A stretch of DNA of 64,000 nt, taken from positions 8,400 through 72,399 of the forward strand of contig CALWVS010000008.1 in assembly GCA_944385095.1 (NCBI GenBank), given 5' to 3'. Of this stretch, positions 48,701 to 59,495 are shown in pieces. Position numbers and translations under genes: made by a program. Under the pieces are notes generated by a model, which was not told the DNA's origin, searched no databases, and saw nothing but the letters and a program-made list of their open reading frames with translations. Each line of letters starts with the position of its first letter. Within the stretch, counting starts at the first letter, position 1. The DNA comes from an uncultured Oscillospiraceae bacterium. Its GTDB lineage: Bacteria; Bacillota; Clostridia; Oscillospirales; Oscillospiraceae.

Positions 48701-49376
48701 CCTGCACCTGCCTACCCACATTGTCCAAAATCAGCTGACCCCACACAGTTTCCCCTGCATCCTGTATGCCATCCAGTGCCCACTGCTCTTTTTGTTCCTG
48801 TAACCACTGCATGGGGTTGGGGTGACTCTGGATACGTCCATACACATCCAATACAATTTGCGCCAGTTTTCGGTCATCCCGTCCCGCTGCCATGGTGTCC
48901 ACCAGCAGAGAAAAGGCACAGCCATCGGTGATTTTTTTATAATTCTCCTCCAGCACATCTTCCAGCACCTGTGCCATCAAAAGGGTTGCCTCGTTTTCAT
49001 CACACTGGCGAAAATCCGGGTCTAAATCCAACAAATGCCCATACTCCCGCAGAAAACTGGAACAAAAGGCGTGGATGGTGGAAATCTGCGCCTTATAAAC
49101 CAGCGTAGTCTGCCGTCTCAAATGCTGGTCATTGGGGTTTTCGCCCAACCGCTGGGACAGTTCCTGTGCAATACGCCCTCGCAGTTCTGCCGCTGCCGCT
49201 TTGGTATAGGTAATCACCAAAAACTGGTCAATATCTACTCCTTCCTCAGTCACTCGATTCAAAAGCCGTTCTACCAGAACACGGGTTTTGCCTGAACCGG
49301 CAGCCGCTGACACCAGCAGTTCCCCGCCTCTGTCGTTTACAATATCCTGTTGTTCTCTGGTCAGCGGAAATGCCAT
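45753..49376 (-). CDS. addA: Helicase-exonuclease AddA
   Basis: SAAAGSGKT, VDEYQDTN, VGDVKQSIYRFR, NFRS, SIHRSKGLE, LLYVAMTRA, QGVID..F..LDFKSD, QLEAY. Confidence 0.96.
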   Translation of the reverse strand: MAFPLTREQQDIVNDRGGELLVSAAAGSGKTRVLVERLLNRVTEEGVDIDQFLVITYTKAAAAELRGRIAQELSQRLGENPNDQHLRRQTTLVYKAQISTIHAFCSSFLREYGHLLDLDPDFRQCDENEATLLMAQVLEDVLEENYKKITDGCAFSLLVDTMAAGRDDRKLAQIVLDVYGRIQSHPNPMQWLQEQKEQWALDGIQDAGETVWGQLILDNVGRQVQDSVRKLELALRMCQQDELLLQNYAPSIQATLEELDTLSLATKTGWDSVYAYLPISFPAVGRKRKRTMELSPMEEEQVAQLTQRVKGLRERAKKQLSTLADQMEGDSSQVLEDMRLTQPAVQGLLDLVGEFRTAYTEEKRKRSLLDFSDLEHCTVQLLYDEQTGAYSQLAKGVGERFVEVMVDEYQDTNQVQNAIFTAISEAGNRLFQVGDVKQSIYRFRLADPTIFLDKFNRYPMGTEKEEKQPHKRVLSQNFRSRPQVLEGCNDLFRNIMSTEFGELDYTEEQALVPGATFPEGEDYKLELNLYDLSYQDDLEEQNRMDKNALEAKEVARRIRQLLQKPLLIQGGQEQRPLRPSDVMILLRSPGVVMHHYVRALEQEGIPWNAEGGDDFFESSEINVALSLLQVVDNPRQDVPLIAVLRSPVYGFEADELAVMRAGCKGDFYTALMRAAEEGNEKCRNFVRELDALRFGAADRTCTQLIWHIYETCNLMGLFGALPEGEVRQEHLYTLYALARQMEHNGCRTLFQFLLRLERMRTNGSKIQTGNSGREGEGVSILSIHRSKGLEKPVVFVCGLSRRLNQEDMRRPVLFHPVLGLGPRGLEQSRMVEYPTLARKAVAQKLEQEMMAEELRLLYVAMTRAKEKLVLSIALREGARELERLSGDVAVPVSPIALEQQMSVAQWILLHVLTRPEAQNLRELAGAGDLPVADNLGPQWDIHWKVLQQEAEDTEQEGYYTDAPQQQEQEEQSLLEALNWFYPHNAAVQMPSKLTATQLKGRSVDEESRQEARELVPQTARAVELYRPQFIAKERGLSGAQKGIALHLAMQYIPLDGDHSRQGIQKELDRLKAGGYLTQLQYEAISPRPLSMFFQSELGQRLKQAENKRREFKFSLLVPAERYEVGVEGEQVLLQGVIDCWFEEKDGITLLDFKSDFVTKGQEATCAQRYRPQLEAYAMALETITGKKVQHKILWFFGTGTAYELNEK

Positions 49377-49398
49377 ATCTTTTCTCTCCTTTGGATTT

Positions 49399-50232
49399 CT
49401 ATTTTTGCAGCAGACCTAAGAAACGCTCAATCCGAATCCCCTTGTTTTTTTCAGCCTCGTTTCGCTCCATTAAAATCAGGGTTTCCAGTACATCCATCCC
49501 ACGCTGTACCGCCTGTTCCAGCGGCTTGCCATCCAGCAGTTCCCCAACCAGCACCGCTGAGAACATATCCCCTGTGCCGGGAAAATGCACTTTGATAAAT
49601 TCATAGGGCAAGGTAAAATAAGCTCCTGTTTTTCCATTGTACCCCCAGACCACATGTTCCCCTGTCTCCTGTGCCACTCCACTGGTCACTACCACAGAGC
49701 GTGGACCATAGTCCAGAAGTTTGTCCACCACCTGTCTTGCCTGCTCTCTGGTCAGTGCTTCCTGTCCCCGGTACAAATCGGTCAAAAAGGTTGCCTCTGT
49801 CACATTGGGTACAATCACATCTGCTACACCAATGAGCCTGCGCATGGTCTCAATGGTCTCCTCTGTGACCCCATTATACAGTTTTCCATCATCTGCCATA
49901 ATAGGGTCGGTCATCACCAGCAAATCCTCTTTCTGTTGGCTGGCAATGAACTCCTGTATGATGTCCACCTGTTCTGGGGATGCCAGAAATCCCGTAGTGA
50001 TACAGTCAAAGGTAAACCCCATCTCCTGCCACACCTGAATGGACTTTCTCATATAGTCTGTGGTATCTAAAATGGTAAATTTTCCATAATCCAGCGTATT
50101 GGACACCAGTGCGGTGGGTAAGTTGTAGACACTGTGCCCCATGGTGGACAGAATAGGCAGCATGGCAGCCAGTGCCACTTTTCCATATCCGGGCATATCA
50201 TTGATAATCAAAATATTTTTGCTGTTCTGCAT
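49399..50232 (-). CDS. Pyridoxamine/pyridoxal kinase (PfkB family)
   Basis: INDMPGYGKVAL, DPIMADDG.LY, PNVTEA and FPGTGD motifs; start MQNSK 2 nt after the addB stop. Confidence 0.88.
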   Translation of the reverse strand: MQNSKNILIINDMPGYGKVALAAMLPILSTMGHSVYNLPTALVSNTLDYGKFTILDTTDYMRKSIQVWQEMGFTFDCITTGFLASPEQVDIIQEFIASQQKEDLLVMTDPIMADDGKLYNGVTEETIETMRRLIGVADVIVPNVTEATFLTDLYRGQEALTREQARQVVDKLLDYGPRSVVVTSGVAQETGEHVVWGYNGKTGAYFTLPYEFIKVHFPGTGDMFSAVLVGELLDGKPLEQAVQRGMDVLETLILMERNEAEKNKGIRIERFLGLLQK

Positions 50233-50234
50233 GG

Positions 50235-53200
50235 TTATTTCCTCGTATTTCCTTGGATTTTCTCCCAAAATGCCTCGCCCTTCAAATGGCTCAGCCATCT
50301 GCGGCAATCTCCCCCTCTGCCTTCCTCAAAGAGACAGGCTGGGGCATAGTCGCAGTATTGACAGGCATTTTTGTCTGCACCACGCCAAAATGGGTCGGCA
50401 GTGATGTTGCCCTGGGCAATTTCCTGACAGATTTCTTCTAACATGTGTTGGATATGATTGCCCAACTTGCCCAGTCGCTCCGCACTTGCCAACAGTTCGC
50501 CGGAAATTTCTCCTGTGGTTTTGGAGATTTTCAGAGGGAGAAAACGGTAGCCATCCTCCCCCGGCTGTTCCATTGCATCCAACACCTCCGGGTCATCCAA
50601 AATTAACCCACTGCGTGTCAATTCTTTGTCCACCTGTGCCCGCCAACGCTCATCTGACATGGTACGACTGCCTTTGATGATGGCATCCCGGGCAGGCAGG
50701 TAGAGCACCCCTGCTTCCTCTACCGGAATTCCATAGAGTTCCTGTCCCCTGTCATTGAGGGTAAAGAGATAAAGCAGCATTTGCAGCCCTAACCCATTCC
50801 AAACCTCTGTGAAATCAAAGGATTTTTTTCCAGTCTTATAGTCCACCACCCTTAGATACAGTTTTCCATTGTGCTCCCAGCCGTCAATCCGGTCCACAAA
50901 ACCAGAAATACTCAGTGTAACCCCATGTACCGTCATCTCCACTGGCGGCAAATCCTTGCCTGTGCCAAACCCCAATTCAAAGGAAAGTGGTTTAAACTTG
51001 GAGTTCAATAGCTCCTCTGCCACATTTTCCACTACCGATTGAACCGAGCGCAACAGCCGGCGGAACAGATAACGGAACCGCTCTGTCTGTTGTTCCAGCC
51101 CGCCCAATTCCTCCGCTACATAACGTTCCACTGCCTCTTTGGTCAGTTGGCGCAGCCTCTTTTGGCTGTAATTCCCCTCTGGTCCCCAGCCCTCTATGGT
51201 GGTCTGCTGGAACATCTCATCTTTCAGCACATGCTCCAGCACATAGTGGACAAAACTGCCGTACTCTGGCGCATCAAATCCCGCCTGTTTTCGTGGTTTT
51301 GCCTCCAGCCCATACTGCATAAAATAGGAAAAATGACAGGATTTGTATTTATCCATTCTGGATGCTGACATGGGTACCCGCTTTCCATAGAGCCGCCGTA
51401 CTGCCGCAGTGGAAAGCCTGCCCCGTGTCCATTTGCTTGCCTCATTCAATCTCTGAATCATTGGGGCATAACGGGGCAACTGTCCCAACGTCTGACGGGC
51501 TGCCCGGTTGTGCCCTGCCTGTTCCAGTGCTGGCAGTGGGGCTTCCAGCCGGAACTGTCCCTGTAAATCTTCCTCATGCACCACTTGTACATCCTGAAAC
51601 AGTCGCAACAGACGTTCCACCAGAAAACTGGGTCGCCGCTCCTCTCCGCCGCTGCCCTGCCCTGCCCAGCTCACAATCAACTGTTCCTTTGGTCTGGTAC
51701 AGGTCAAATAAACGGTGGTCATCTCACGGTAGAGCAGTTCCCTTGTAGACTGGTTTAATTCCAGCCCATAGGTTGCCAACAGGCTTCTCTCATCGTCGGT
51801 CAACAGCCCTGGGGCACTGCTGACCTGTGGCATAGAGGCATCATCTGCCCCTAACACAAACAGCACCTTGACCGAATGCCCAGTCTGTCTGGTGGTCTCT
51901 CCTGCTGTCACACGGTCCAGAGAAACTGGGATAGTACCCACATCATACTGGGACAGCACCAGACGAAAGAGCTGAGAAAATTCTCCCAGTTCCATAGGCT
52001 GTTCCCCCAACAGAGCTGCACACTGCTCCAAACCGGTACATAAAATTTCCCAGAGTTGTCGGTATTCTTCTCCCAGTGCAGGCTGTTCCCGTCGGTGCAG
52101 TTCCTCCACACGCTCCTCCAACCGCTCCGGCAAACAGATTTGCTCTAAAAACTGATAGAGGCACACCGCCTGCCCCCTGCCAGTACAGTCTTTGTTGCTC
52201 CGCAACTGCTCCAATGGCTCTGAGACCTTGCGCCGCAACTGGTCCAACTGCTCCACCAGTGCTTTGTCCTCATCACTCCACTTTGCACCATACCCCTTCG
52301 GGTGCATACTCCACGGCTTTTTCTGTGTCCATTGGCTGCCTCGAATGTTCCATTTCAGGACATAGTTCTCTAATAAGTCTCGCTCCTCCTGTGTGATGTC
52401 CGTCAACCCACTTTTCAGATAGCGGAATACATCTTCGTAGGTATACCCATTAGACACACTGTCCAGTGCAGACACCACCAGAGACAGCACCGGTTTTTCC
52501 AAAATACTGCTCATAGCAGAGGTGAATACAGGCACTTCATACCGTGGAAAAATGGATTCCACCAAATCTTGGTATCGTTCAAAGCCTCGAGCCACCACAC
52601 CAATCTCTCGATATCGCAACCCTTTGGTTCGCACCAACATTCGAATTTGAGATGCTACCCACTCCACCTCGGAACGTGGGGTCAGGGCAGAATAGAGCTG
52701 AACAGCCTCCTGCCCCTGTTCTGGCTCCACTGCTCCATGGGCAAACAACACCTGTTCCAGCCATTGCAATGGTGGCACTCTGTCCCTTGCCTGATTGTGC
52801 AAAAACTCCACTTCATATGGTACATGCACCTGTTTTGCCAGTTCCATCAGCTTGGCAGCGGTTCGGCGTGCCGGAGAAAAAATCCCACTGCCCCCCTCAT
52901 CTTCCTCCAAATGGTCACAGGTCAAGGTCACAGTCATAGAATTTGCCTGCATCATCAGTTCTCGCAGTACCCTATGTTGTTGGGGCGTAAAATCTGTAAA
53001 TCCATCCAACCATAAGTCTGTATCTTTGGCAAACTGGCAGGTTTTCAGCTTTTCTGCCACTCGGCTCAACCGGTCTCTGGGGTCAAATGCAGTGCGGGCA
53101 GTCAGTGCCTCATATGCGGTGCAGATAATGCCCAAATCTTTCAGTTTGTCTCCCTCATTGCCACCCAGTTCCAGCCCTGCTTTCACCAGTGTCTCTGGTC

Positions 53201-53600
53201 TGACACAACAGCTTTTCAACTCATCCACCGTAGCCAGCAAGCCCTCGAGAAAGGAGGGGCGTCTGGATGGTCTTGCATAGACAGTCAGTTGGTTGATGGA
53301 CGCCTGTACCGCCTGATACATCAGCAACAGCCGTCCTCCGCTGTCTATTTCCTCCTGTCCCATCCCACCAGCCGCCTGAAACACACGGCTGGTCAGTCGG
53401 CTAAAGGACAACACTTCTGCATAGAGGGAGCTTCCGTTTCCCCCCTCCTGACACAACAGCCGTTCCATCTCGTGGGACTGCTGCTCTGGTACCATCAAAA
53501 TCTGACGGCACACCCTTCCCTGTTCCTGCAAACGATGTACTATTTGTGTGGTCTTTCCTGTTCCTGCCCGTCCCAGCAACAGTTTCAACATGCCCCTCAC
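50235..53600 (-). CDS. addB: Helicase-nuclease AddB
   Basis: GRAGTGKT, VPEQQS, DGFTDFTPQQ, S.SRMDKY..CHFSYF, G.VDRID, VVDYKTG, QMLLY, CQYCDY..AC. Confidence 0.95.
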   Translation of the reverse strand: MRGMLKLLLGRAGTGKTTQIVHRLQEQGRVCRQILMVPEQQSHEMERLLCQEGGNGSSLYAEVLSFSRLTSRVFQAAGGMGQEEIDSGGRLLLMYQAVQASINQLTVYARPSRRPSFLEGLLATVDELKSCCVRPETLVKAGLELGGNEGDKLKDLGIICTAYEALTARTAFDPRDRLSRVAEKLKTCQFAKDTDLWLDGFTDFTPQQHRVLRELMMQANSMTVTLTCDHLEEDEGGSGIFSPARRTAAKLMELAKQVHVPYEVEFLHNQARDRVPPLQWLEQVLFAHGAVEPEQGQEAVQLYSALTPRSEVEWVASQIRMLVRTKGLRYREIGVVARGFERYQDLVESIFPRYEVPVFTSAMSSILEKPVLSLVVSALDSVSNGYTYEDVFRYLKSGLTDITQEERDLLENYVLKWNIRGSQWTQKKPWSMHPKGYGAKWSDEDKALVEQLDQLRRKVSEPLEQLRSNKDCTGRGQAVCLYQFLEQICLPERLEERVEELHRREQPALGEEYRQLWEILCTGLEQCAALLGEQPMELGEFSQLFRLVLSQYDVGTIPVSLDRVTAGETTRQTGHSVKVLFVLGADDASMPQVSSAPGLLTDDERSLLATYGLELNQSTRELLYREMTTVYLTCTRPKEQLIVSWAGQGSGGEERRPSFLVERLLRLFQDVQVVHEEDLQGQFRLEAPLPALEQAGHNRAARQTLGQLPRYAPMIQRLNEASKWTRGRLSTAAVRRLYGKRVPMSASRMDKYKSCHFSYFMQYGLEAKPRKQAGFDAPEYGSFVHYVLEHVLKDEMFQQTTIEGWGPEGNYSQKRLRQLTKEAVERYVAEELGGLEQQTERFRYLFRRLLRSVQSVVENVAEELLNSKFKPLSFELGFGTGKDLPPVEMTVHGVTLSISGFVDRIDGWEHNGKLYLRVVDYKTGKKSFDFTEVWNGLGLQMLLYLFTLNDRGQELYGIPVEEAGVLYLPARDAIIKGSRTMSDERWRAQVDKELTRSGLILDDPEVLDAMEQPGEDGYRFLPLKISKTTGEISGELLASAERLGKLGNHIQHMLEEICQEIAQGNITADPFWRGADKNACQYCDYAPACLFEEGRGGDCRRWLSHLKGEAFWEKIQGNTRK

Positions 53601-53647
53601 TGCCCTTCTTTCAGAATGCCCCTATTATAGCACAGAATTTCTATAAA

Positions 53648-53679
53648 AAAAAGCCATGCCTCAAAAGGCATGGCTTTTT
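53648..53679 (-). terminator. Intrinsic terminator after guaB
   Basis: AAAAAGCCATGCCT-caaa-AGGCATGGCTTTTT. Confidence 0.85.
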
Positions 53680-53686
53680 AACTCTT

Positions 53687-55186
<1,500 letters not shown>

Positions 55187-55236
55187 TCATTTGATGTTTG
55201 AAACAGTTTGTCCCTCTGGAACATTGATAATGTCCC

Positions 55237-55266
55237 ATTGTACCTCTTTTTTCCCAACTTTGTCAA
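55237..55266 (-). promoter_or_regulatory. SigA-type promoter of guaB
   Basis: TTGACA-18 bp-TACAAT. Confidence 0.7.
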
Positions 55267-56006
55267 GGAGATACATCACCAAAAATCACCGACGCTTCAA
55301 AGCGACTTTTGCCTGCTTCGTCTATGCCCTTTACAAAATGTTTGTCCTCCTGCTGCCCAGCCAGTAAATGAATCTGTTCCCCAGGCTTACACTCTGCCAA
55401 ATATCCAATCTGTAGCTGTGACAGATATTGTTCCTGAGAAAGATGTTCCATAGAAAGAGCATCACAGACAAAATCTGCATATCTTGTATTGTTCACATGC
55501 CCATTCATATCAGTATCACTGTAATGGAGTGTTCTCTTTTGTACAAACCCCATTTGTTCTGGCAATTTCAGTTTATGGAGCTTTTTTTCCTTACAATACG
55601 TCCCCCCATCGGTGCCCTTTAACTCTGTCACTTGGCTCATGCGGTAGAGTGCTCTTGTCTGTGTGTTTGCCAATACCCAGCTTGAGACGCATTCTCCCAC
55701 ATGTTCCTGTCCTACAAACAAATCATAATCTCGATAGAGACTGGCACCCCGTTCTCCTCTGTGCCATGTGCGAATGGTTAACGCCTCAGAAAACAACAGA
55801 GGGCGTTTGATGTGATACCAAAGTCTCGTTAACATCCAAAAACTTCCATAGCGTTCTAAGGTCAATTCTCTGGAAAAACCGCCCTGTTCTACCGCATCGG
55901 TGGCAGCTTCCTGCATATGCCCCAACAGAGCGGACGCCTTGCACCTCCCCATTCCATCCACTTCTCCAGAGCGAATGGGCAGTGTCATCTCAAAAATCTG
56001 GCTCAT
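55263..56006 (-). CDS. Acyl-ACP thioesterase (double hot-dog fold)
   Basis: W.LTR, IRTW, DTDMNGHVNNTRY; start MSQIF in ATGA overlap with the upstream stop. Confidence 0.9.
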   Translation of the reverse strand: MSQIFEMTLPIRSGEVDGMGRCKASALLGHMQEAATDAVEQGGFSRELTLERYGSFWMLTRLWYHIKRPLLFSEALTIRTWHRGERGASLYRDYDLFVGQEHVGECVSSWVLANTQTRALYRMSQVTELKGTDGGTYCKEKKLHKLKLPEQMGFVQKRTLHYSDTDMNGHVNNTRYADFVCDALSMEHLSQEQYLSQLQIGYLAECKPGEQIHLLAGQQEDKHFVKGIDEAGKSRFEASVIFGDVSP

Positions 56007-56626
56007 TCTTTCTTTCGCCCCCGAATCACAATTCTGGTTTTGCAACACAGGTCATCAATATCATCTGCTGTGGCTGCTGGAATCCGCATTTGTGCTCCAC
56101 ATTCCCGACACATCAACTCCACTGCACTGTATTGCACCTGAAAATCCCATGCTTTGGAACCACAGGCACAGGAAATTCCTCCCCGTGCTGCAATATCCTT
56201 CAGTTCGGAGAGCACTTCCTCCATCACCACCTCATTGAGAAACGTACGTTCTTCCCCTTCCTGCTCCACTTCCACCTGATCAATCGCCTGCTCCAGTCTG
56301 GCTGTGGCTGTATACACGGGTCCTTCCTCCCCAATATAGCAGCAGTCAAGACCAGAGATACTACAGGAAAATGCCAATGCCTTCTCTCTCAAAAACGCCT
56401 GAGGCGGGCAGGTAACCTGATGCTCTCGACCACAGTATACACAGGGAACCTGTAAACGTACCCTTTGTGGTAAAAATTCTATCTCCAACTCTGATTTTCC
56501 GCATGGGCACTGGATATGGGTTGGGGATGCAGCCAGACCAAACACATCCCGTTCTACAATCACCGACTGCCTGCATTTGGGACAAATATAGGACAGAAAC
56601 CTTGTCTTCTTTTGATCCACTTCCAA
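56003..56626 (-). CDS. Hypothetical Cys-rich (multi zinc-ribbon) protein
   Basis: CPKC, CPCG, CVYC, CSISGLDCC, CACG, CREC; GGAGG SD (start TTG at 56626 or GTG at 56620). Confidence 0.8.
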   Translation of the reverse strand: MEVDQKKTRFLSYICPKCRQSVIVERDVFGLAASPTHIQCPCGKSELEIEFLPQRVRLQVPCVYCGREHQVTCPPQAFLREKALAFSCSISGLDCCYIGEEGPVYTATARLEQAIDQVEVEQEGEERTFLNEVVMEEVLSELKDIAARGGISCACGSKAWDFQVQYSAVELMCRECGAQMRIPAATADDIDDLCCKTRIVIRGRKKE

Positions 56627-56737
56627 ATTCCTCCATTATTTTTTAGTGTATTTTTTTATTATACTGGATTTCCATCCCTTTTGCTACACTTTTGAACAGC
56701 CCATATAAAAATATTTTATGGAAACAGGAAAATTCTA

Positions 56738-56766
56738 TTGCAAATACATGCAGGAAATGGTATGAT
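56738..56766 (+). promoter_or_regulatory. SigA-type promoter of the MCP gene
   Basis: TTGCAA-17 bp-TATGAT with TG extension. Confidence 0.7.
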
Positions 56767-56857
56767 ATCATCCCATTGTGTTATCACATGGAGGATTCCA
56801 GAATGAATCATCATAAAAGGCGAGGAAAAACATCAATTTAGGAGAGGTATCTGTGGT

Positions 56858-58618
56858 ATGAAAAACTGGAAACTCAAAACGAAACTGTTTATATCCTATG
56901 GAGTCATATTTATTATGCTGGTTGTGATCAGTTTCTCTGGTCTTTTCGGTATGGGGGCACTGAGTGACTCCGCTCTCCATTATGCCAATGTCACACTTCC
57001 TGTGGTCGAGGAAATTGGCATGACCCGCAGAAATATGCTCTCCGTCCGTCAGTATTTGCTCAATGCCATGATTGCACAGACCTCTCTGGATATGGATCGG
57101 GTTGTGAGTACCATGGCAACGGAACGAGAAAATTTGCTCACCAATCTGGAAACCTTGAAACAGTTATCTCCCACCTATACTGCCGATATTGAGGCAATCG
57201 AGCAGGATATCCAAAATGCTGCTGCGATCAATGATGAAATCATACGCCTCTGTTCCACATTCACACAGGAGGCAAAAACTGAGGCTTACCAGATGTACTT
57301 GGATGACTATGCCCCGCATTTTGACCTCGCCGCCGAAAAAATCATTGCACTGTATGACCGGATTGAGCAGGACTCCCTGGAACAGGAGAATGATGTGGTC
57401 CGTGCCCGTGTTGTGTCTCGTGTCTTTATCTTAATTGTAACCGTTGTTGCTGCCGCAGTCATTTGTGTACTGGTGCGTCTGATGCTGCACTTCATTCAGA
57501 CCCCATTGGAACGGGTTGTGGATGCAATGGATGCACTGGAACAGGGAGATTTTGAGCGAATCGGTCATGAGCCAATCTATCAGTCTAAAGATGAACTGGG
57601 CTATATGGCAAAAAAAATCAGCAGTACCATTGCGAAAATCAACTTTATTATTGATGATTTGACTCACGGGCTAACCAATGTAGCCAATGGCAATTTCACC
57701 TCTGACTCCAAAGACCCATCCCAATACACAGGTGCTTATAGAAACATTCACGACCTGATGTACAATCTGGTCTCCATGCTGAATCAAACCATGCACAAGG
57801 TACATGAAGCCTCTGAGCAAATTGCCGGCAGTGCTTCCCAAGTGGCACACGCTGCACAGGGGCTGGGACAAGGTGCCAGTGAACAGGCATCTTCTGTGGA
57901 GGAACTGGCTGCCACACTGTTGGATATCTCAAAGCAGGTCGATCAAAACACCAAAAATCTGGTACAGGCACAGAGAGAGTCTCAGGAGACTGTGGAGGAA
58001 TTGCAAAATGGAAGCCAGAAAATGAAAGATATGCTCAATGCGATGGATGAAATCACTTCCAGTTCTCTACAAATTGAGAAAATTATTAAAACCATTGAGG
58101 ACATTGCATTCCAGACCAATATTCTGGCTCTCAACGCTGCCATTGAGGCAGCTCGTGCGGGGCAGGCTGGCAAGGGTTTTGCAGTCGTGGCAGAGGAAGT
58201 GCGGAATTTGGCTGCCAAGACCACGGAATCCTCTCAAAATACAGCAACCCTCATCCAACAGGCTCTTACTGCTGTACAAAATGGCAAACACATCGCAGAT
58301 GAAACAGCGGAATCGTTCAACAAGATTTTCAAAAGCATTCAACAGAGCGCAGAGCGCACAGAGCAAATCACCAAAAATTCTATGGCACAGGATGAAGCCA
58401 TCCATCAAACCTCTCAGGGCGTGGATTCTATTTCCAGTGTCATTCAAACCAACTCTGCAACCGCTCAGGAAAGTGCCGCAGCCAGTGAGGAGCTGTCTGG
58501 ACAGGCTCAACTGTTACAACAGCTGTTATCTCAATTCACATTGCTCCCTGTATCTCCCTCCAAAACTGCTACTGCTTCCGTTTCCACTTCCAGTCTTGAT
58601 ACAGAATACAAGTATTAA
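56858..58618 (+). CDS. Methyl-accepting chemotaxis protein (TM-4HB sensor-TM-HAMP-signalling domain)
   Basis: Two TM segments; SKDELG HAMP; [37 protein letters not shown] signalling hairpin. Confidence 0.95.
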   Translation: MKNWKLKTKLFISYGVIFIMLVVISFSGLFGMGALSDSALHYANVTLPVVEEIGMTRRNMLSVRQYLLNAMIAQTSLDMDRVVSTMATERENLLTNLETLKQLSPTYTADIEAIEQDIQNAAAINDEIIRLCSTFTQEAKTEAYQMYLDDYAPHFDLAAEKIIALYDRIEQDSLEQENDVVRARVVSRVFILIVTVVAAAVICVLVRLMLHFIQTPLERVVDAMDALEQGDFERIGHEPIYQSKDELGYMAKKISSTIAKINFIIDDLTHGLTNVANGNFTSDSKDPSQYTGAYRNIHDLMYNLVSMLNQTMHKVHEASEQIAGSASQVAHAAQGLGQGASEQASSVEELAATLLDISKQVDQNTKNLVQAQRESQETVEELQNGSQKMKDMLNAMDEITSSSLQIEKIIKTIEDIAFQTNILALNAAIEAARAGQAGKGFAVVAEEVRNLAAKTTESSQNTATLIQQALTAVQNGKHIADETAESFNKIFKSIQQSAERTEQITKNSMAQDEAIHQTSQGVDSISSVIQTNSATAQESAAASEELSGQAQLLQQLLSQFTLLPVSPSKTATASVSTSSLDTEYKY

Positions 58619-58623
58619 AAAAC

Positions 58624-58658
58624 AAAATGGGCTATCCACAAACTGGATAGCCCATTTT
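58624..58658 (+). terminator. Intrinsic terminator after the MCP gene
   Basis: Perfect 15-bp AAAATGGGCTATCCA...TGGATAGCCCATTTT. Confidence 0.85.
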
Positions 58659-58705
58659 TTATGGATTCAACATGGTAGCTACAATAACTATTTCTATTTT
58701 ATTTC

Positions 58706-58734
58706 TTGTTTTGTTCTATCAAAAAAACTATAAT
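58706..58734 (+). promoter_or_regulatory. Putative promoter of the two-component operon
   Basis: TTGTTT-17 bp-TATAAT. Confidence 0.5.
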
Positions 58735-58800
58735 ATGCTTTGCAGAAATATGCTATGAACTGTATCTCTTAAAAGGAATCAAACGAAGGGGGTTGAAAAC

Positions 58801-59487
58801 ATGAAGCGGCTTTTCTTTGTAGAAGACGATTTGAGCTTAATGAATGGACTATCCTTTGCCCTAAAAAAACAGGGATATGAAGTTGAAATTGCAAGAACCA
58901 GTCTGGAGGCAAACGAGCTATGGGCAAATGGAATGTATGACTTGGTGATTCTGGATGTATCCCTTCCAGATGGCTCTGGTTTTGATTTATGCAAAAAAAT
59001 CCGTCAAACTTCTGAGGTTCCAATCATCTTTTTAACCGCAGCGGATGAAGAAACTGATATGATTATGGGACTTGATATTGGTGGAGATGACTATATTACA
59101 AAGCCGTTCAAATTGGCTGTATTCTTATCAAAAGTACATGCGTTGCTCCGTAGAAGTGAACATTTTCTCCGGGTTGCTACTGAATTGAACTCAAATGGCA
59201 TCTCAATACAGCCATTGCGGCATGAGGTATATAAAGATGGCACATTGATTGACTTAACCGCCAGTGAATATAAGCTGCTTTGCCTGTTTATGGAACACCC
59301 AAATATGGTTCTATCTTCTGAACAAATTCTAAGCAGGCTTTGGGATTGCAAGGAAAATTACATTGATAACAGCACCTTAACCGTCTATATACGGAGATTG
59401 CGCACTAAAATCGAGGATGACCCAAGTAATCCACAAAAAATTGTTACCATTCGCCGCATTGGCTATAAGTGGCATGTGACAGAGTGA
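58801..59487 (+). CDS. OmpR-family response regulator
   Basis: VEDD, LDVSLPDGSG, IIFLTA, GGDDYITKPF; wHTH TVYIRRLR.KIE..TIRRIGY. Confidence 0.96.
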   Translation: MKRLFFVEDDLSLMNGLSFALKKQGYEVEIARTSLEANELWANGMYDLVILDVSLPDGSGFDLCKKIRQTSEVPIIFLTAADEETDMIMGLDIGGDDYITKPFKLAVFLSKVHALLRRSEHFLRVATELNSNGISIQPLRHEVYKDGTLIDLTASEYKLLCLFMEHPNMVLSSEQILSRLWDCKENYIDNSTLTVYIRRLRTKIEDDPSNPQKIVTIRRIGYKWHVTE

Positions 59488-59495
59488 GGTGTATC

